This document shows, one piece after another, positions 1 through 8,199 of a stretch of DNA of 24,000 nt. How positions within the stretch are numbered: the first letter of the stretch is position 1; every line of letters begins with the position of its first letter. Below the pieces are notes generated by a model. That model was not told where the DNA came from. It did no database searches and saw only the letters and a list, made by a program, of their open reading frames with translations. The translations under genes were made by a program, and so were the position numbers. Source of the DNA: an uncultured Actinomycetota bacterium (lineage in GTDB: Bacteria; Actinomycetota; Actinomycetes; Propionibacteriales; Nocardioidaceae); assembly GCA_963721925.1 (NCBI GenBank), contig CAVRLH010000002.1:14336-38335 (forward strand), given 5' to 3'.

Positions 1-2
1 GG

Positions 3-1004
3 GAGGACGACACGACGGCTGCGATCCCGGACTCGCGTTGGGAGCTGCTGTTCGACCGAGGGGACTTCGAGTTCATGACGGAGTCGTCGCGCGTGCTGAC
101 GGCGTACGACCGCTACTTCGCGACCGGCCCGTCGCAGACGTCGTCGAGCAGCCCGACCCACCAGTACCCGTGGTACATCGCCCTGGCGATCCTGTTCGTG
201 GAGCGCGGCGAGCAACCGGTGTTCTCCGAGGCCGCGCTGGCGTCCATCGCGTCCACCTGGCACGAGCCGCGACTCTATGGTGCCGCCCTCGCAGCACTCG
301 CCGGAGACCGGCGGGCTCACAGCAGGATCCTCGGACAGGTCCGGACCGAGCTCCCGTCGAGGCTCGACCTGAGCCGTCCCGACGACATCGTCGTCTGCCA
401 GGCGGCCGCGTCCCGCGGTGATCTCGACGACCTGCCGACGACGTACCAGACCTACTCCTACGACCACTTCCGGCTCTCACACGTCGCGGCCCTTGCCGAG
501 GCGGCCGGCGACCGCGGGGTCGTCGATCGCATCAGTCGTGCCACGGACGAGTTCGCGACCAGGAGGCCGGACACGCTGGAGATCAACCAGCTGCGGTCGA
601 CGCTCGCGCGCGCCGACCTCAGCCTCGGCCGGGCTGAGGATCTGCGGGCGGCTCCGACCACCCTGTCCTTCCTGTACGGCGCGATCAGGACGATCGTCAC
701 GCTGCTCGACCGGACCTCGCTCCTCGAGCTGGTCAGCGATCTCGAGCGGCGGTCCGTGTTCTGGCCGCAGGACGTGACCGCGTCCGCGCTCGACTCGACC
801 CTGCGCTCGACGATCACCCCCGCCGACTGCACCGCGCTGATCGAGACGGCCGACCGCTGCGGGTTGATCGTGGACCTGATCGACGCGGTCTCGGCGAGGA
901 CGACGACGCGGCTCTCGCTCCAGCTGGTCTCGGGGATCAGGCAGATCGAGGGGCTCCTGTTCCCCTTCGCCAGACCGCGTGCAGAGCTTCCGAGCATCCA
1001 CTGA
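3..1004 (+). CDS. Hypothetical protein, 5'-truncated by the window edge; alanine/leucine-rich, probably all-helical C-terminal region
   Basis: The ORF track starts at the internal ATG at 75, but the same frame is open back to base 3 (EDDTTAAIPDSRWELLFDRGDFEFMTES...), so the true start probably lies upstream. It is followed after about 25 nt by the next co-directional CDS. Confidence 0.7.
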   Translation, partial: EDDTTAAIPDSRWELLFDRGDFEFMTESSRVLTAYDRYFATGPSQTSSSSPTHQYPWYIALAILFVERGEQPVFSEAALASIASTWHEPRLYGAALAALAGDRRAHSRILGQVRTELPSRLDLSRPDDIVVCQAAASRGDLDDLPTTYQTYSYDHFRLSHVAALAEAAGDRGVVDRISRATDEFATRRPDTLEINQLRSTLARADLSLGRAEDLRAAPTTLSFLYGAIRTIVTLLDRTSLLELVSDLERRSVFWPQDVTASALDSTLRSTITPADCTALIETADRCGLIVDLIDAVSARTTTRLSLQLVSGIRQIEGLLFPFARPRAELPSIH

Positions 1005-1028
1005 ACGGCATCAGACAGGAGGAGACCG

Positions 1029-2864
1029 ATGGACGCCTTGACCCGGCTCCGGGCCGCGAACGCCGCGATCCGAGATCGCGACCGGCCGTTGGCCGACGAG
1101 CTGACCGAGCTCACGGACGGACCCACGCCCGAGGGGCCGGGCGGCGAGATCCAGCTCGAGACGATCGTCCTGCGCACAGGTCGTCCCGTCCTGGCGATCA
1201 AGCAGGACGAGGCCCAGCTCGTCTTCGACGACGCCGACAGCGCCGTGTGGAACTCCCGGCTCCAGGAGGCACGGTCGTACCTCGTGCGTGCCACCAGAGC
1301 GGTCGGGAGGATCGAGGCCGAGGGCCACAGCCTGGCGTGGCTCGGCACTGGGTGGCTCGTGGCTCCCGACACGATCGTGACCAACCGGCACGTGGCTGCC
1401 GAGTTCGGCCGCCGCAGCGGCACCACCTTCGTCTTTCGGCAGTCCCCGGGTGGCGACCTCATGCGTGCCTCGATCGACCTCCTCGAAGAGGTGGACCGCG
1501 AGGACAGCCTGACCTTGGAGCTGGGGCAGATCCTCCACATCGAGGACGCGGACGGTCCGGACATCGCCTTCTTGCGCGTGGAGCAGATCGACGGTTCGTC
1601 ATCGGTGTCGCCGATCGCTCTCGCAGAGGCGCCGCAGCCGGACGACTTCGTGGCCGTGATCGGCTACCCCGCTCGCGACAGCCGGATTCCCGACGTCGAC
1701 CTGATGGATCGGATCTTCGGGAACGTCTACGACAAGAAGCGACTCGCTCCCGGTCAGGTGATCGAGCCGCGTAGCGGCACGCTCACCCACGACTGCTCCA
1801 CCCTCGGTGGGAACTCGGGATCGGTGGTGCTCTCCCTTGCCACCGGTGACGCAGTGGGGCTCCACTTCGCGGGGAGGTTCCTCGAGGCCAACTACGCTGT
1901 CTCGAGCCAGGTGGTCGCGCAGCGTCTGGACGCTGTGCAGAGCAGAAGGGCTTCCCGGCAGCAAGCTCTCGGCGTGCCGGACCCCTTCCGGGCGGGGAGC
2001 GGTGACGGCGAGGTCTTCGTCGAGGCGGTCGCGGAGGACTACCTGGACCGCGAGGGGTACGACGCGTCGTTCCTCGGCGAGGGCCCCGAGGCACCGCTGC
2101 CCGAGGTCACGCAGGGAGTCGACGATGTGATGACCTTCGAGCTCGACGGTCGCGACGAGCAGGTGTTGAAGTACGAGCACTTCTCGGTGCTCATGAGCGC
2201 CAGCCGACGGCTGTGCCGCTACAGCGCCGTCAACATCGACGGCAACCTGTCCAAGAGCTTTGCACGCGTGGGCTGGCGGAGCGATCCCCGGATCCCGCCG
2301 AGCGCCCAGATCCGGGACGAGCCCTACGGCAATCCGCCGCAGTTCTCGCGAGGACACATGACCCGTCGGGAGGACCCGATCTGGGGCTCCGACGAGGCGG
2401 CCGCTCACGGCAACGCCGACTCGATGCACGTCACCAACGCCGTACCGCAGATGCAACCCTTCAATGCCGGCATCTGGCTCGACCTCGAGGACTACGCGCT
2501 CCAGAACGCACGGCGGGACGACATGAGGATCTCGGTGTTCACCGGGCCCTTCCTCGATGACGACGATCCGACGATGTTCGGGGTGAAGATCCCCGTCGAG
2601 TTCTGGAAGGTCATCGCGTTCGTCCACGACGAGACCGGCGCGTTGTGCGCGACCGGCTACACGATGTCGCAGCGAGACTTCCTCAGCGAGGAGGAGTTCG
2701 TCTTCGGAGCACACCGGACCGCGCAGGTGACGATCGACTCGATCGAGGGGCGTGCGGGGCTCTCCTTCGGACCGCTCACCGAGCTCGATCCGTTCGTGCA
2801 GCTGGAGGGGTCCGCCCCGCAGCTGACCGACGTGACGCAGGTCCAGTTCCTTCGCAGGCGCTGA
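1029..2864 (+). CDS. Trypsin-like serine protease fused to a C-terminal DNA/RNA non-specific endonuclease (NUC family)
   Basis: 611 aa. Protease part: TIVTNRHVA (His, codon 1389-1391), DIAFLRV (Asp), LGGNSGSVV (Ser, codon 1815-1817). Nuclease part: YGNPPQFSRGHMTRREDPIWG...NADSMHVTNAVPQMQPFNAGIWLDLEDYAL, matching the RGH and Asn/Gln-rich core of NUC endonucleases. Confidence 0.88.
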   Translation: MDALTRLRAANAAIRDRDRPLADELTELTDGPTPEGPGGEIQLETIVLRTGRPVLAIKQDEAQLVFDDADSAVWNSRLQEARSYLVRATRAVGRIEAEGHSLAWLGTGWLVAPDTIVTNRHVAAEFGRRSGTTFVFRQSPGGDLMRASIDLLEEVDREDSLTLELGQILHIEDADGPDIAFLRVEQIDGSSSVSPIALAEAPQPDDFVAVIGYPARDSRIPDVDLMDRIFGNVYDKKRLAPGQVIEPRSGTLTHDCSTLGGNSGSVVLSLATGDAVGLHFAGRFLEANYAVSSQVVAQRLDAVQSRRASRQQALGVPDPFRAGSGDGEVFVEAVAEDYLDREGYDASFLGEGPEAPLPEVTQGVDDVMTFELDGRDEQVLKYEHFSVLMSASRRLCRYSAVNIDGNLSKSFARVGWRSDPRIPPSAQIRDEPYGNPPQFSRGHMTRREDPIWGSDEAAAHGNADSMHVTNAVPQMQPFNAGIWLDLEDYALQNARRDDMRISVFTGPFLDDDDPTMFGVKIPVEFWKVIAFVHDETGALCATGYTMSQRDFLSEEEFVFGAHRTAQVTIDSIEGRAGLSFGPLTELDPFVQLEGSAPQLTDVTQVQFLRRR

Positions 2865-2978
2865 CCCGGCTGGCGGCCTAGACCATCGGAACCCGGGCCT
2901 TCCGGAGTGCTCGTCGACCGCCGTAGCGTGAGGCAGAGCCTGACGGGTGAGCGGCTCCGGTCCACGCAGGAGGCGACG

Positions 2979-4436
2979 ATGCTGTTGCAGCGGAAGGACA
3001 TCTGGCGGGCCGAGGAGGTCGGCGGGCCGTGGAACCAGGTGGTGCTGGCATATGCCCTGGCGTTCGGTGTGCTCGCGGGTCCACCCGATCCGCTCAAGCC
3101 CGAGTCGTGGACGCTGGAGTACCAGGCTGCGGTCCACGACATGCACCCGCTGCCCCCACCGGACGGCTTCCGTGCCACCTGCCAGCACGACACGTGGTAC
3201 TTCCTGCCATGGCACCGGATGTACCTGCTCCACTTCGAGGCGGTCGTCCGGGGCATCATCGCCGAGCTCGACGACGACCGGATCACGGACGAGACCCGCG
3301 AGACCTGGGCCTTGCCGTACTGGAACTACCAGCCCCCCGAGCATCGGATCCTGCCGAGTGCCTTCCGGCAGGCAGACCTGCCCGACGGCCAGGCCAACCC
3401 ACTGGCGGCGGCAGCGCGCTTCCCCGCGGTGCAGGCGGGGCTCCAACCCCTCAGCGATGACGAGGTCGAGTTCGCCGGATGGTGGGGGGAGACGGTGTTC
3501 ACGCTGCCCGGCACGCCGTCGTTCGGCGGGAGCGACACGCGTGGCAAGCGACACCGGCCCGTGCGGTTCGCCGACGCAGGTGCGCTGGAGATCACCCCGC
3601 ACGGGTCGGTCCACATGTACGTCGGCTGGGACATGCAGGCCTTCCACACTGCCGGCCTGGACCCCGTCTTCTGGCTGCACCACTGCAACCTGGACCGGCT
3701 GTGGGAGGTGTGGTGCGTCGGCGGCGGCGTACGACGACCCAATCCCGGCGCAGGCGGATGGGCGTCCGAGACGTTCGACTTTCGCGACGCGCACGGGGCC
3801 ACCTGGACGCGAACGTCGCGAGAGGTTGAAGACACGACCGCGCTGGGCTACACCTATGAGGACACGTCGGCGCCGGTCGCGCCGGCGTCCCCGACGAGGA
3901 GCCGCACCGTGGAGGTCGAGGGACCGGACGCAGAGACCTGGCGGCGGGAGCTCCCGCCTCGTGCCCTCGGGTCGACGGGCGAGCCGCTCGTCGTCCGGTC
4001 GGAGGCGGCGACGGTGGAGTTCGACCTGACGCCCGACGAGGAGGTGCGCACCCGCTCCGGTCGCCCGGGACCGGCCCGGGTCATCCTGAGGGTCGACAAC
4101 ATCGCGATCTCCGCCGACGACCTCGAACGAGTCCGGGACCGCCAGGCGGTCATCGGGACGTACGCCGTGTACCTGCTGGGCAGCCGGGACGGTGTCGAGG
4201 CCTACGTGGGCAACCTCCCACTGTTCGGCCTGCGAGAGTCGCTCGCGGAGGACGGCCACCACGAGCTGGCGTACTCCTTCGACGCCACCTCGGCGGTCAA
4301 CCTGCTGCGCAACCAGGACGCGTGGACGTGGGACCGCGCGAGCATCACGATCAAGCCGAGCAACCACGAGGCCTATGCGGGTGCCGGCGAGGTCGTGCCG
4401 GTCACGTTCGGCAACGTCGCCCTCTCCTACCAGTAG
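2979..4436 (+). CDS. Tyrosinase-family (type-3 copper) protein
   Basis: CuA-like region VHDMHPLP...CQHDTWYFLPWHRMYLLHFE and CuB-like region HGSVHMYVG...LDPVFWLHHCNLDRLW. ATG at 2979 is preceded by AGGAGG at 2968-2973; the ORF track uses an upstream GTG at 2907 that looks less likely. Confidence 0.9.
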   Translation: MLLQRKDIWRAEEVGGPWNQVVLAYALAFGVLAGPPDPLKPESWTLEYQAAVHDMHPLPPPDGFRATCQHDTWYFLPWHRMYLLHFEAVVRGIIAELDDDRITDETRETWALPYWNYQPPEHRILPSAFRQADLPDGQANPLAAAARFPAVQAGLQPLSDDEVEFAGWWGETVFTLPGTPSFGGSDTRGKRHRPVRFADAGALEITPHGSVHMYVGWDMQAFHTAGLDPVFWLHHCNLDRLWEVWCVGGGVRRPNPGAGGWASETFDFRDAHGATWTRTSREVEDTTALGYTYEDTSAPVAPASPTRSRTVEVEGPDAETWRRELPPRALGSTGEPLVVRSEAATVEFDLTPDEEVRTRSGRPGPARVILRVDNIAISADDLERVRDRQAVIGTYAVYLLGSRDGVEAYVGNLPLFGLRESLAEDGHHELAYSFDATSAVNLLRNQDAWTWDRASITIKPSNHEAYAGAGEVVPVTFGNVALSYQ

Positions 4437-4444
4437 CAGCCGCG

Positions 4445-5212
4445 ATGGCCGTGTCGTCAGCACTACCCGTCGGATCACCCCGCTGGGCGTGGCGCGCACG
4501 GGTGGAACGGCGACCGGAGCTGCCGGTCCTCGGCATCTCCGCGGCCGCCTGGGTGGTGCTGCTGCTCGTGCTGCGGGGCACGCCGACGTCGTCGTCGGGT
4601 CACGACCATGGCACGTCGCACCTCACCACCACCGGCCAGCCGGGGGACGAATGGCTGTCGGGGGCCGGCCGTGGCGCCCTGCTCTGGGTGGTGATGACGG
4701 TGGCCATGATGCTCCCGCTCGCCGTCCCCGGCCTGCGGTACGTCGCGCGGATGGTGCCACGCCGCGGTCGGCTGGCCGCCACGAGCACCTTCGCTTCCGC
4801 GTACGTCGTCGCCTGGCTGCCCGCGGCGGTGCTCGCCGGCGGCGTCCACCCGGGCACGCCGCCCGACTGGCCCGTCGTGGCAGCAGTCTTCCTGCTCGCG
4901 GCCGGCTGGGAGCTGACCCCCATCAAGCGAGCAGCCCTGCTGCGGGGCCACCGGCATCACGTCGTCCGCGCGCAGCAGCCCGCACGGAGACGCACCTGCT
5001 GGTCGTTCGGGCTCCGACGTGGTGGCTGGTGTCTCGTGTCCTGCGGGCCGGCGATGCTGGCACTGATGATCGGTCACCACGCACTCGTGCCTCTCCTCGT
5101 CCTCGCGGTCGGCGCGGTGGTGCAACAGCTCAGCCCCGACGCGCACTGGCGCCGCACCTGGTCGGCGGCCGGGCTCGTCCTGCTCGCCGTAGGTGCCCCA
5201 TGGCTGATCTGA
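4445..5212 (+). CDS. DUF2182-like predicted metal-binding integral membrane protein
   Basis: Several hydrophobic helices and the LLWVVMTVAMMLPLAVPGLRYVA and CLVSCGPAMLALMIG segments, which resemble the DUF2182 family. The ATG at 4445 lies about 8 nt after the tyrosinase stop; the 4322 start in the track overlaps the upstream CDS. Confidence 0.75.
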   Translation: MAVSSALPVGSPRWAWRARVERRPELPVLGISAAAWVVLLLVLRGTPTSSSGHDHGTSHLTTTGQPGDEWLSGAGRGALLWVVMTVAMMLPLAVPGLRYVARMVPRRGRLAATSTFASAYVVAWLPAAVLAGGVHPGTPPDWPVVAAVFLLAAGWELTPIKRAALLRGHRHHVVRAQQPARRRTCWSFGLRRGGWCLVSCGPAMLALMIGHHALVPLLVLAVGAVVQQLSPDAHWRRTWSAAGLVLLAVGAPWLI

Positions 5213-5225
5213 CGAGGGAGGACGC

Positions 5226-7274
5226 ATGACACCGGACCAGGGCACGTTGTTCGTCAGCGACGCGTTCGTGAGCGTCGACAGCGGCGACGCCCTGGTCGAC
5301 GTGCGCCCGGTCCTCGACAGCCTCGAGCCGACGTACCTCGTCGTCACCGACCGCTCCTCCACCGACGGCGTCTTCGTCTTCGACGTCGAGGCAGTCCGCA
5401 GCCTCCTCGACGAGCTGGCGGACGAGGTCGCCGTCATCGGTTGGACCGGTGCCGATCTCGTCCGTGAGCTGCGCGTCGAGCCGTCGCTGGTCGTCAACCT
5501 GCTGACCGGCCAGACGGTGGACGCGACCGTCCCGGGCAACGAGCTGGAGGACGCGCTCCGGCGGCGCCTGGTCGTGACCGTCGACGATGCCGTCCGCGGC
5601 GTCATCTTCGCAGTGCACCTCGGAGAAGTGCCGTCGCTGCCCATCGACGAGCTGCTCATCCACGCCGCCAGACCGCAGCTCGACCGGGTCGAGGTGCAGG
5701 CCGTCAGCCGGGGCAGCCAGTTCCCCGTCGAGGAGCGGTCCGGGTCGCCACCTCCGCCCTTGCCGGAGGCAGCCGCGGACGGAGACAACGACGAGGCTGT
5801 TGTGAACGGCCTCCAGGTGCTCGTGCCCGCCGAGGTGGCGTACGACGCCGTCGTGCCGCTGCTCGTGCTCCTGACGCGGCCCGGCGGCGACGAGCCGGAC
5901 ATCCGCTTCGCCGCCGAGGTCGGTGACGTCATCTCCGTGGTGGTGTGGCCCCAGGAGGGAGTGGAGGTCGTCGGCTCCGAGACCGCGACGATCGAGGTGT
6001 CGGGGGCCGGCGACGACGAGACGGCGAGGATCGAGCTCAAGATCACGAGCCCGACCAGGGCGTCCCTGATCGTCGAGGGCTTCCGGGACCAGACGTCACT
6101 CGGCAGCGTGCTCGTCGAGCTGCGGGTGGTCCTGGGCGGAGGTCAGCCCGCCGCGACACAGCGCGCCGCAGTCCTTCCGCTCGATCGTGGCCGGGCCCCG
6201 CGGTCCGACCTCGCCGTCCACGTCGTCGAGGGCAAGAGCCCCACCGGTGACGGACGGGGTCTGCGCTTCGTCGCGATCGAGCCTGGCCACAAGCCCGTGG
6301 CCTTCCCGTTCCAGTCCGTCAATGGAGACGCCCAGGCCTATCTGGCCCCGCTCTTCGAGAGCATCAACGCCGCGCTGGACGCACCGGCTGCGGGTCTGCC
6401 GGGACCGACCGCGGCGGCCGACGAGGTCGTCCGGGGCATCGGTCTGACCCTGAGCTCGCAGCTGCTACCAGCGGGGTTCAGGGAGTTCCTGTGGGACAAC
6501 CGCGACAAGATCCGCAGCATCGTCGTCCACAGCGACGAGTCGCTCATCCCGTGGGAGCTGTGCCTGCTGACCCACACCGGCGACGACGGGCGTACCGAGG
6601 AGGTCGGCTTCTTCTGCGAGCTCTTCGAGCTCACCCGGTGGCGGCCTCGCCTGCCGGCCCTGGAAGTGATCACCATGCGCTCGATCGGCGTCATCGCCCC
6701 GGGCGACAGCGGGCTCACGTCCCGGGAAGCCGAGGTGGCGATGCTGACCGGCCTGACGACGCCCGATCGCACCGTCACGACCGTGCCCGCCACCACCGAC
6801 CAGGTGATGATGGCGTTGAAGGACGGGTCCTACGACGTGCTGCACTTCCTCGGGCACGGGGAGCTGCCCGACCCCACTCGCGCGTCGTCGGCGCGGCTGG
6901 TCCTGGCGGGTGCCTCCTACCTGACAGCGGAGTGGATCGGCGGTGCCTCGGCGAACTTCGGCCTGACCAACCCCCTCGTGTTCCTGAACGCCTGTCGGCT
7001 GGGCTCTGCGTCGGCCGGCCTCGTCGGTCCCTCGGGCTTCGCGCGCGTGATGCTCGACGCCGGCTCGGCTGTCTTCATCGGCGCGCACTGGAATGTCGTG
7101 GACGACACGGCCCACCGGTTCGCGACCGCGCTCTACCAGAACCTTTTGAACGGCGAACCCGTCGGTCGCGCTGCCCTGGCGGCGCGCCTGGCCGTCAAGG
7201 AGGTGGGTGATCCGACCTGGCTCGCCTACACGATCTTCGCCAGTCCCAGCGCGCGCGTCGCGTCCACTGCCTGA
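5226..7274 (+). CDS. CHAT domain (caspase-like) protease with a long N-terminal region of unassigned domains
   Basis: 682 aa. C-terminal YDVLHFLGHGELPD (His, codon 6855-6857) and NPLVFLNACRLGSASAGLVGPSGFARVML...AVFIGAHWNVVDDTAHRFATALYQ (Cys, codon 6993-6995). Confidence 0.88.
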   Translation: MTPDQGTLFVSDAFVSVDSGDALVDVRPVLDSLEPTYLVVTDRSSTDGVFVFDVEAVRSLLDELADEVAVIGWTGADLVRELRVEPSLVVNLLTGQTVDATVPGNELEDALRRRLVVTVDDAVRGVIFAVHLGEVPSLPIDELLIHAARPQLDRVEVQAVSRGSQFPVEERSGSPPPPLPEAAADGDNDEAVVNGLQVLVPAEVAYDAVVPLLVLLTRPGGDEPDIRFAAEVGDVISVVVWPQEGVEVVGSETATIEVSGAGDDETARIELKITSPTRASLIVEGFRDQTSLGSVLVELRVVLGGGQPAATQRAAVLPLDRGRAPRSDLAVHVVEGKSPTGDGRGLRFVAIEPGHKPVAFPFQSVNGDAQAYLAPLFESINAALDAPAAGLPGPTAAADEVVRGIGLTLSSQLLPAGFREFLWDNRDKIRSIVVHSDESLIPWELCLLTHTGDDGRTEEVGFFCELFELTRWRPRLPALEVITMRSIGVIAPGDSGLTSREAEVAMLTGLTTPDRTVTTVPATTDQVMMALKDGSYDVLHFLGHGELPDPTRASSARLVLAGASYLTAEWIGGASANFGLTNPLVFLNACRLGSASAGLVGPSGFARVMLDAGSAVFIGAHWNVVDDTAHRFATALYQNLLNGEPVGRAALAARLAVKEVGDPTWLAYTIFASPSARVASTA

Positions 7275-7354
7275 CCAGCACGTAGCTGGAGCGCTGGGGT
7301 GTTGATTGGTGAGTTTCCAGATCCGTGCGGCGGACCCGCCCGCTGTCGGTGCAC

Positions 7355-8098
7355 TCAGCTCCTGCCTCGCTCGGCGGTCGAGGCCGGGTGATCGGTGTCG
7401 CCGAGCTGCTTTCTCGCAACGAACCTGAATCTGTCGCCGCGGAACAGGGAGCGCGTCCACTCCACGGGCCGACCGCTCGCATCCCACGCAGTGCGCTGGA
7501 TCAGCAACAGGGGTAGTCCCACCTCGATGCCCAGCAGGTTGGCGTTGACGGGGTCGGCCGGGGTCGTCTCGACGATGTCTTCGACGGTGTCGAGCTCGAT
7601 GCCGAAGGCCTCGGCCAGCGTCCGGTAGAGCGAGCCGCGGCTGTCGAGCTCCTCAGCCAGGCGGTGCAGCGGGCCCGGGAGGTGGGCGATCTCGACAGCG
7701 ATGGGCTCTTCTGCCTGGGTCCGCAGCCGAGCAACTCGATGCACGGTGGCACCGGGAGCGAGGTGGAGGTGGTGGGCCACCTCCTCGTCGGCCTCCATCA
7801 CGTCGACGCCAAGCACCTTGCTGCCGGGTCGCCACCCGTCCGCGGCCAGGTCCTGGGAGAACGACGTCAATGGTCTGACCTGCATCAACTTGGGCTGAGC
7901 GACGAAAGTGCCGCGACCCTGGGTGCGCTCGAGGCGGCCGTTGACGACAAGCTCTGCGATCGCCTGGCGCACCGTCGTGCGAGAGGTCTCGAGCAGCTCC
8001 GCCAGCTCCCGCTCGGTGGGCAGCGCGGCACCTGTCGGCAGGTCGTCGATGAGCCGCAGGATCTCCCTCTTGACGAGGTAGTACTTCGGGATCTTCAT
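7355..8098 (-). CDS. GntR/HutC-family transcriptional regulator (DasR/NagR-like)
   Basis: N-terminal wHTH LPTERELAELLETSRTTVRQAIAELVVNGRLERTQGRGTFV plus a UTRA-type effector domain. Divergent from GlcNAc PTS and nag genes with dre-like sites between them. Confidence 0.92.
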   Translation of the reverse strand: MKIPKYYLVKREILRLIDDLPTGAALPTERELAELLETSRTTVRQAIAELVVNGRLERTQGRGTFVAQPKLMQVRPLTSFSQDLAADGWRPGSKVLGVDVMEADEEVAHHLHLAPGATVHRVARLRTQAEEPIAVEIAHLPGPLHRLAEELDSRGSLYRTLAEAFGIELDTVEDIVETTPADPVNANLLGIEVGLPLLLIQRTAWDASGRPVEWTRSLFRGDRFRFVARKQLGDTDHPASTAERGRS

Positions 8099-8140
8099 GA
8101 ATCCTCCGCTGCCTGTTCCCTGAATGGCTTGACACGACAG

Positions 8141-8156
8141 ATTGGTCTATGCCAAT
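8141..8156. promoter_or_regulatory. dre-like operator 1 (ATTGGTCTATGCCAAT)
   Basis: ATTGG/CCAAT inverted arms around TCTATG, close to the known DasR-responsive element pattern (TGGTCTAGACCA core), in the divergent intergenic region. Confidence 0.75.
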
Positions 8157-8161
8157 CTGCA

Positions 8162-8177
8162 ATTGGTCTACACCAAT
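8162..8177. promoter_or_regulatory. dre-like operator 2 (ATTGGTCTACACCAAT)
   Basis: Same ATTGGTCTANNCCAAT pattern as operator 1, centre 21 bp downstream. Confidence 0.75.
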
Positions 8178-8199
8178 CTATCACCAGCCGGAGGACCCG

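Noticed and set aside
1599-4499. 966-aa ORF on the minus strand
   Set aside because: It lies antisense to the trypsin-NUC and tyrosinase genes, which both have clear family motifs. Its composition (Arg/Val/Gly/His-rich, no motifs) is typical of shadow ORFs in high-GC DNA.
4475-6046. 523-aa minus-strand ORF
   Set aside because: Antisense to the DUF2182-like and CHAT genes; Ser/Thr/Arg-rich with no recognisable domain.
7275-7289. Short hairpin CCAGC-ACGTA-GCTGG right after the CHAT stop codon
   Set aside because: Only 5-bp arms and no T-run. Such a short palindrome is common by chance in GC-rich sequence, so it was not called a terminator.
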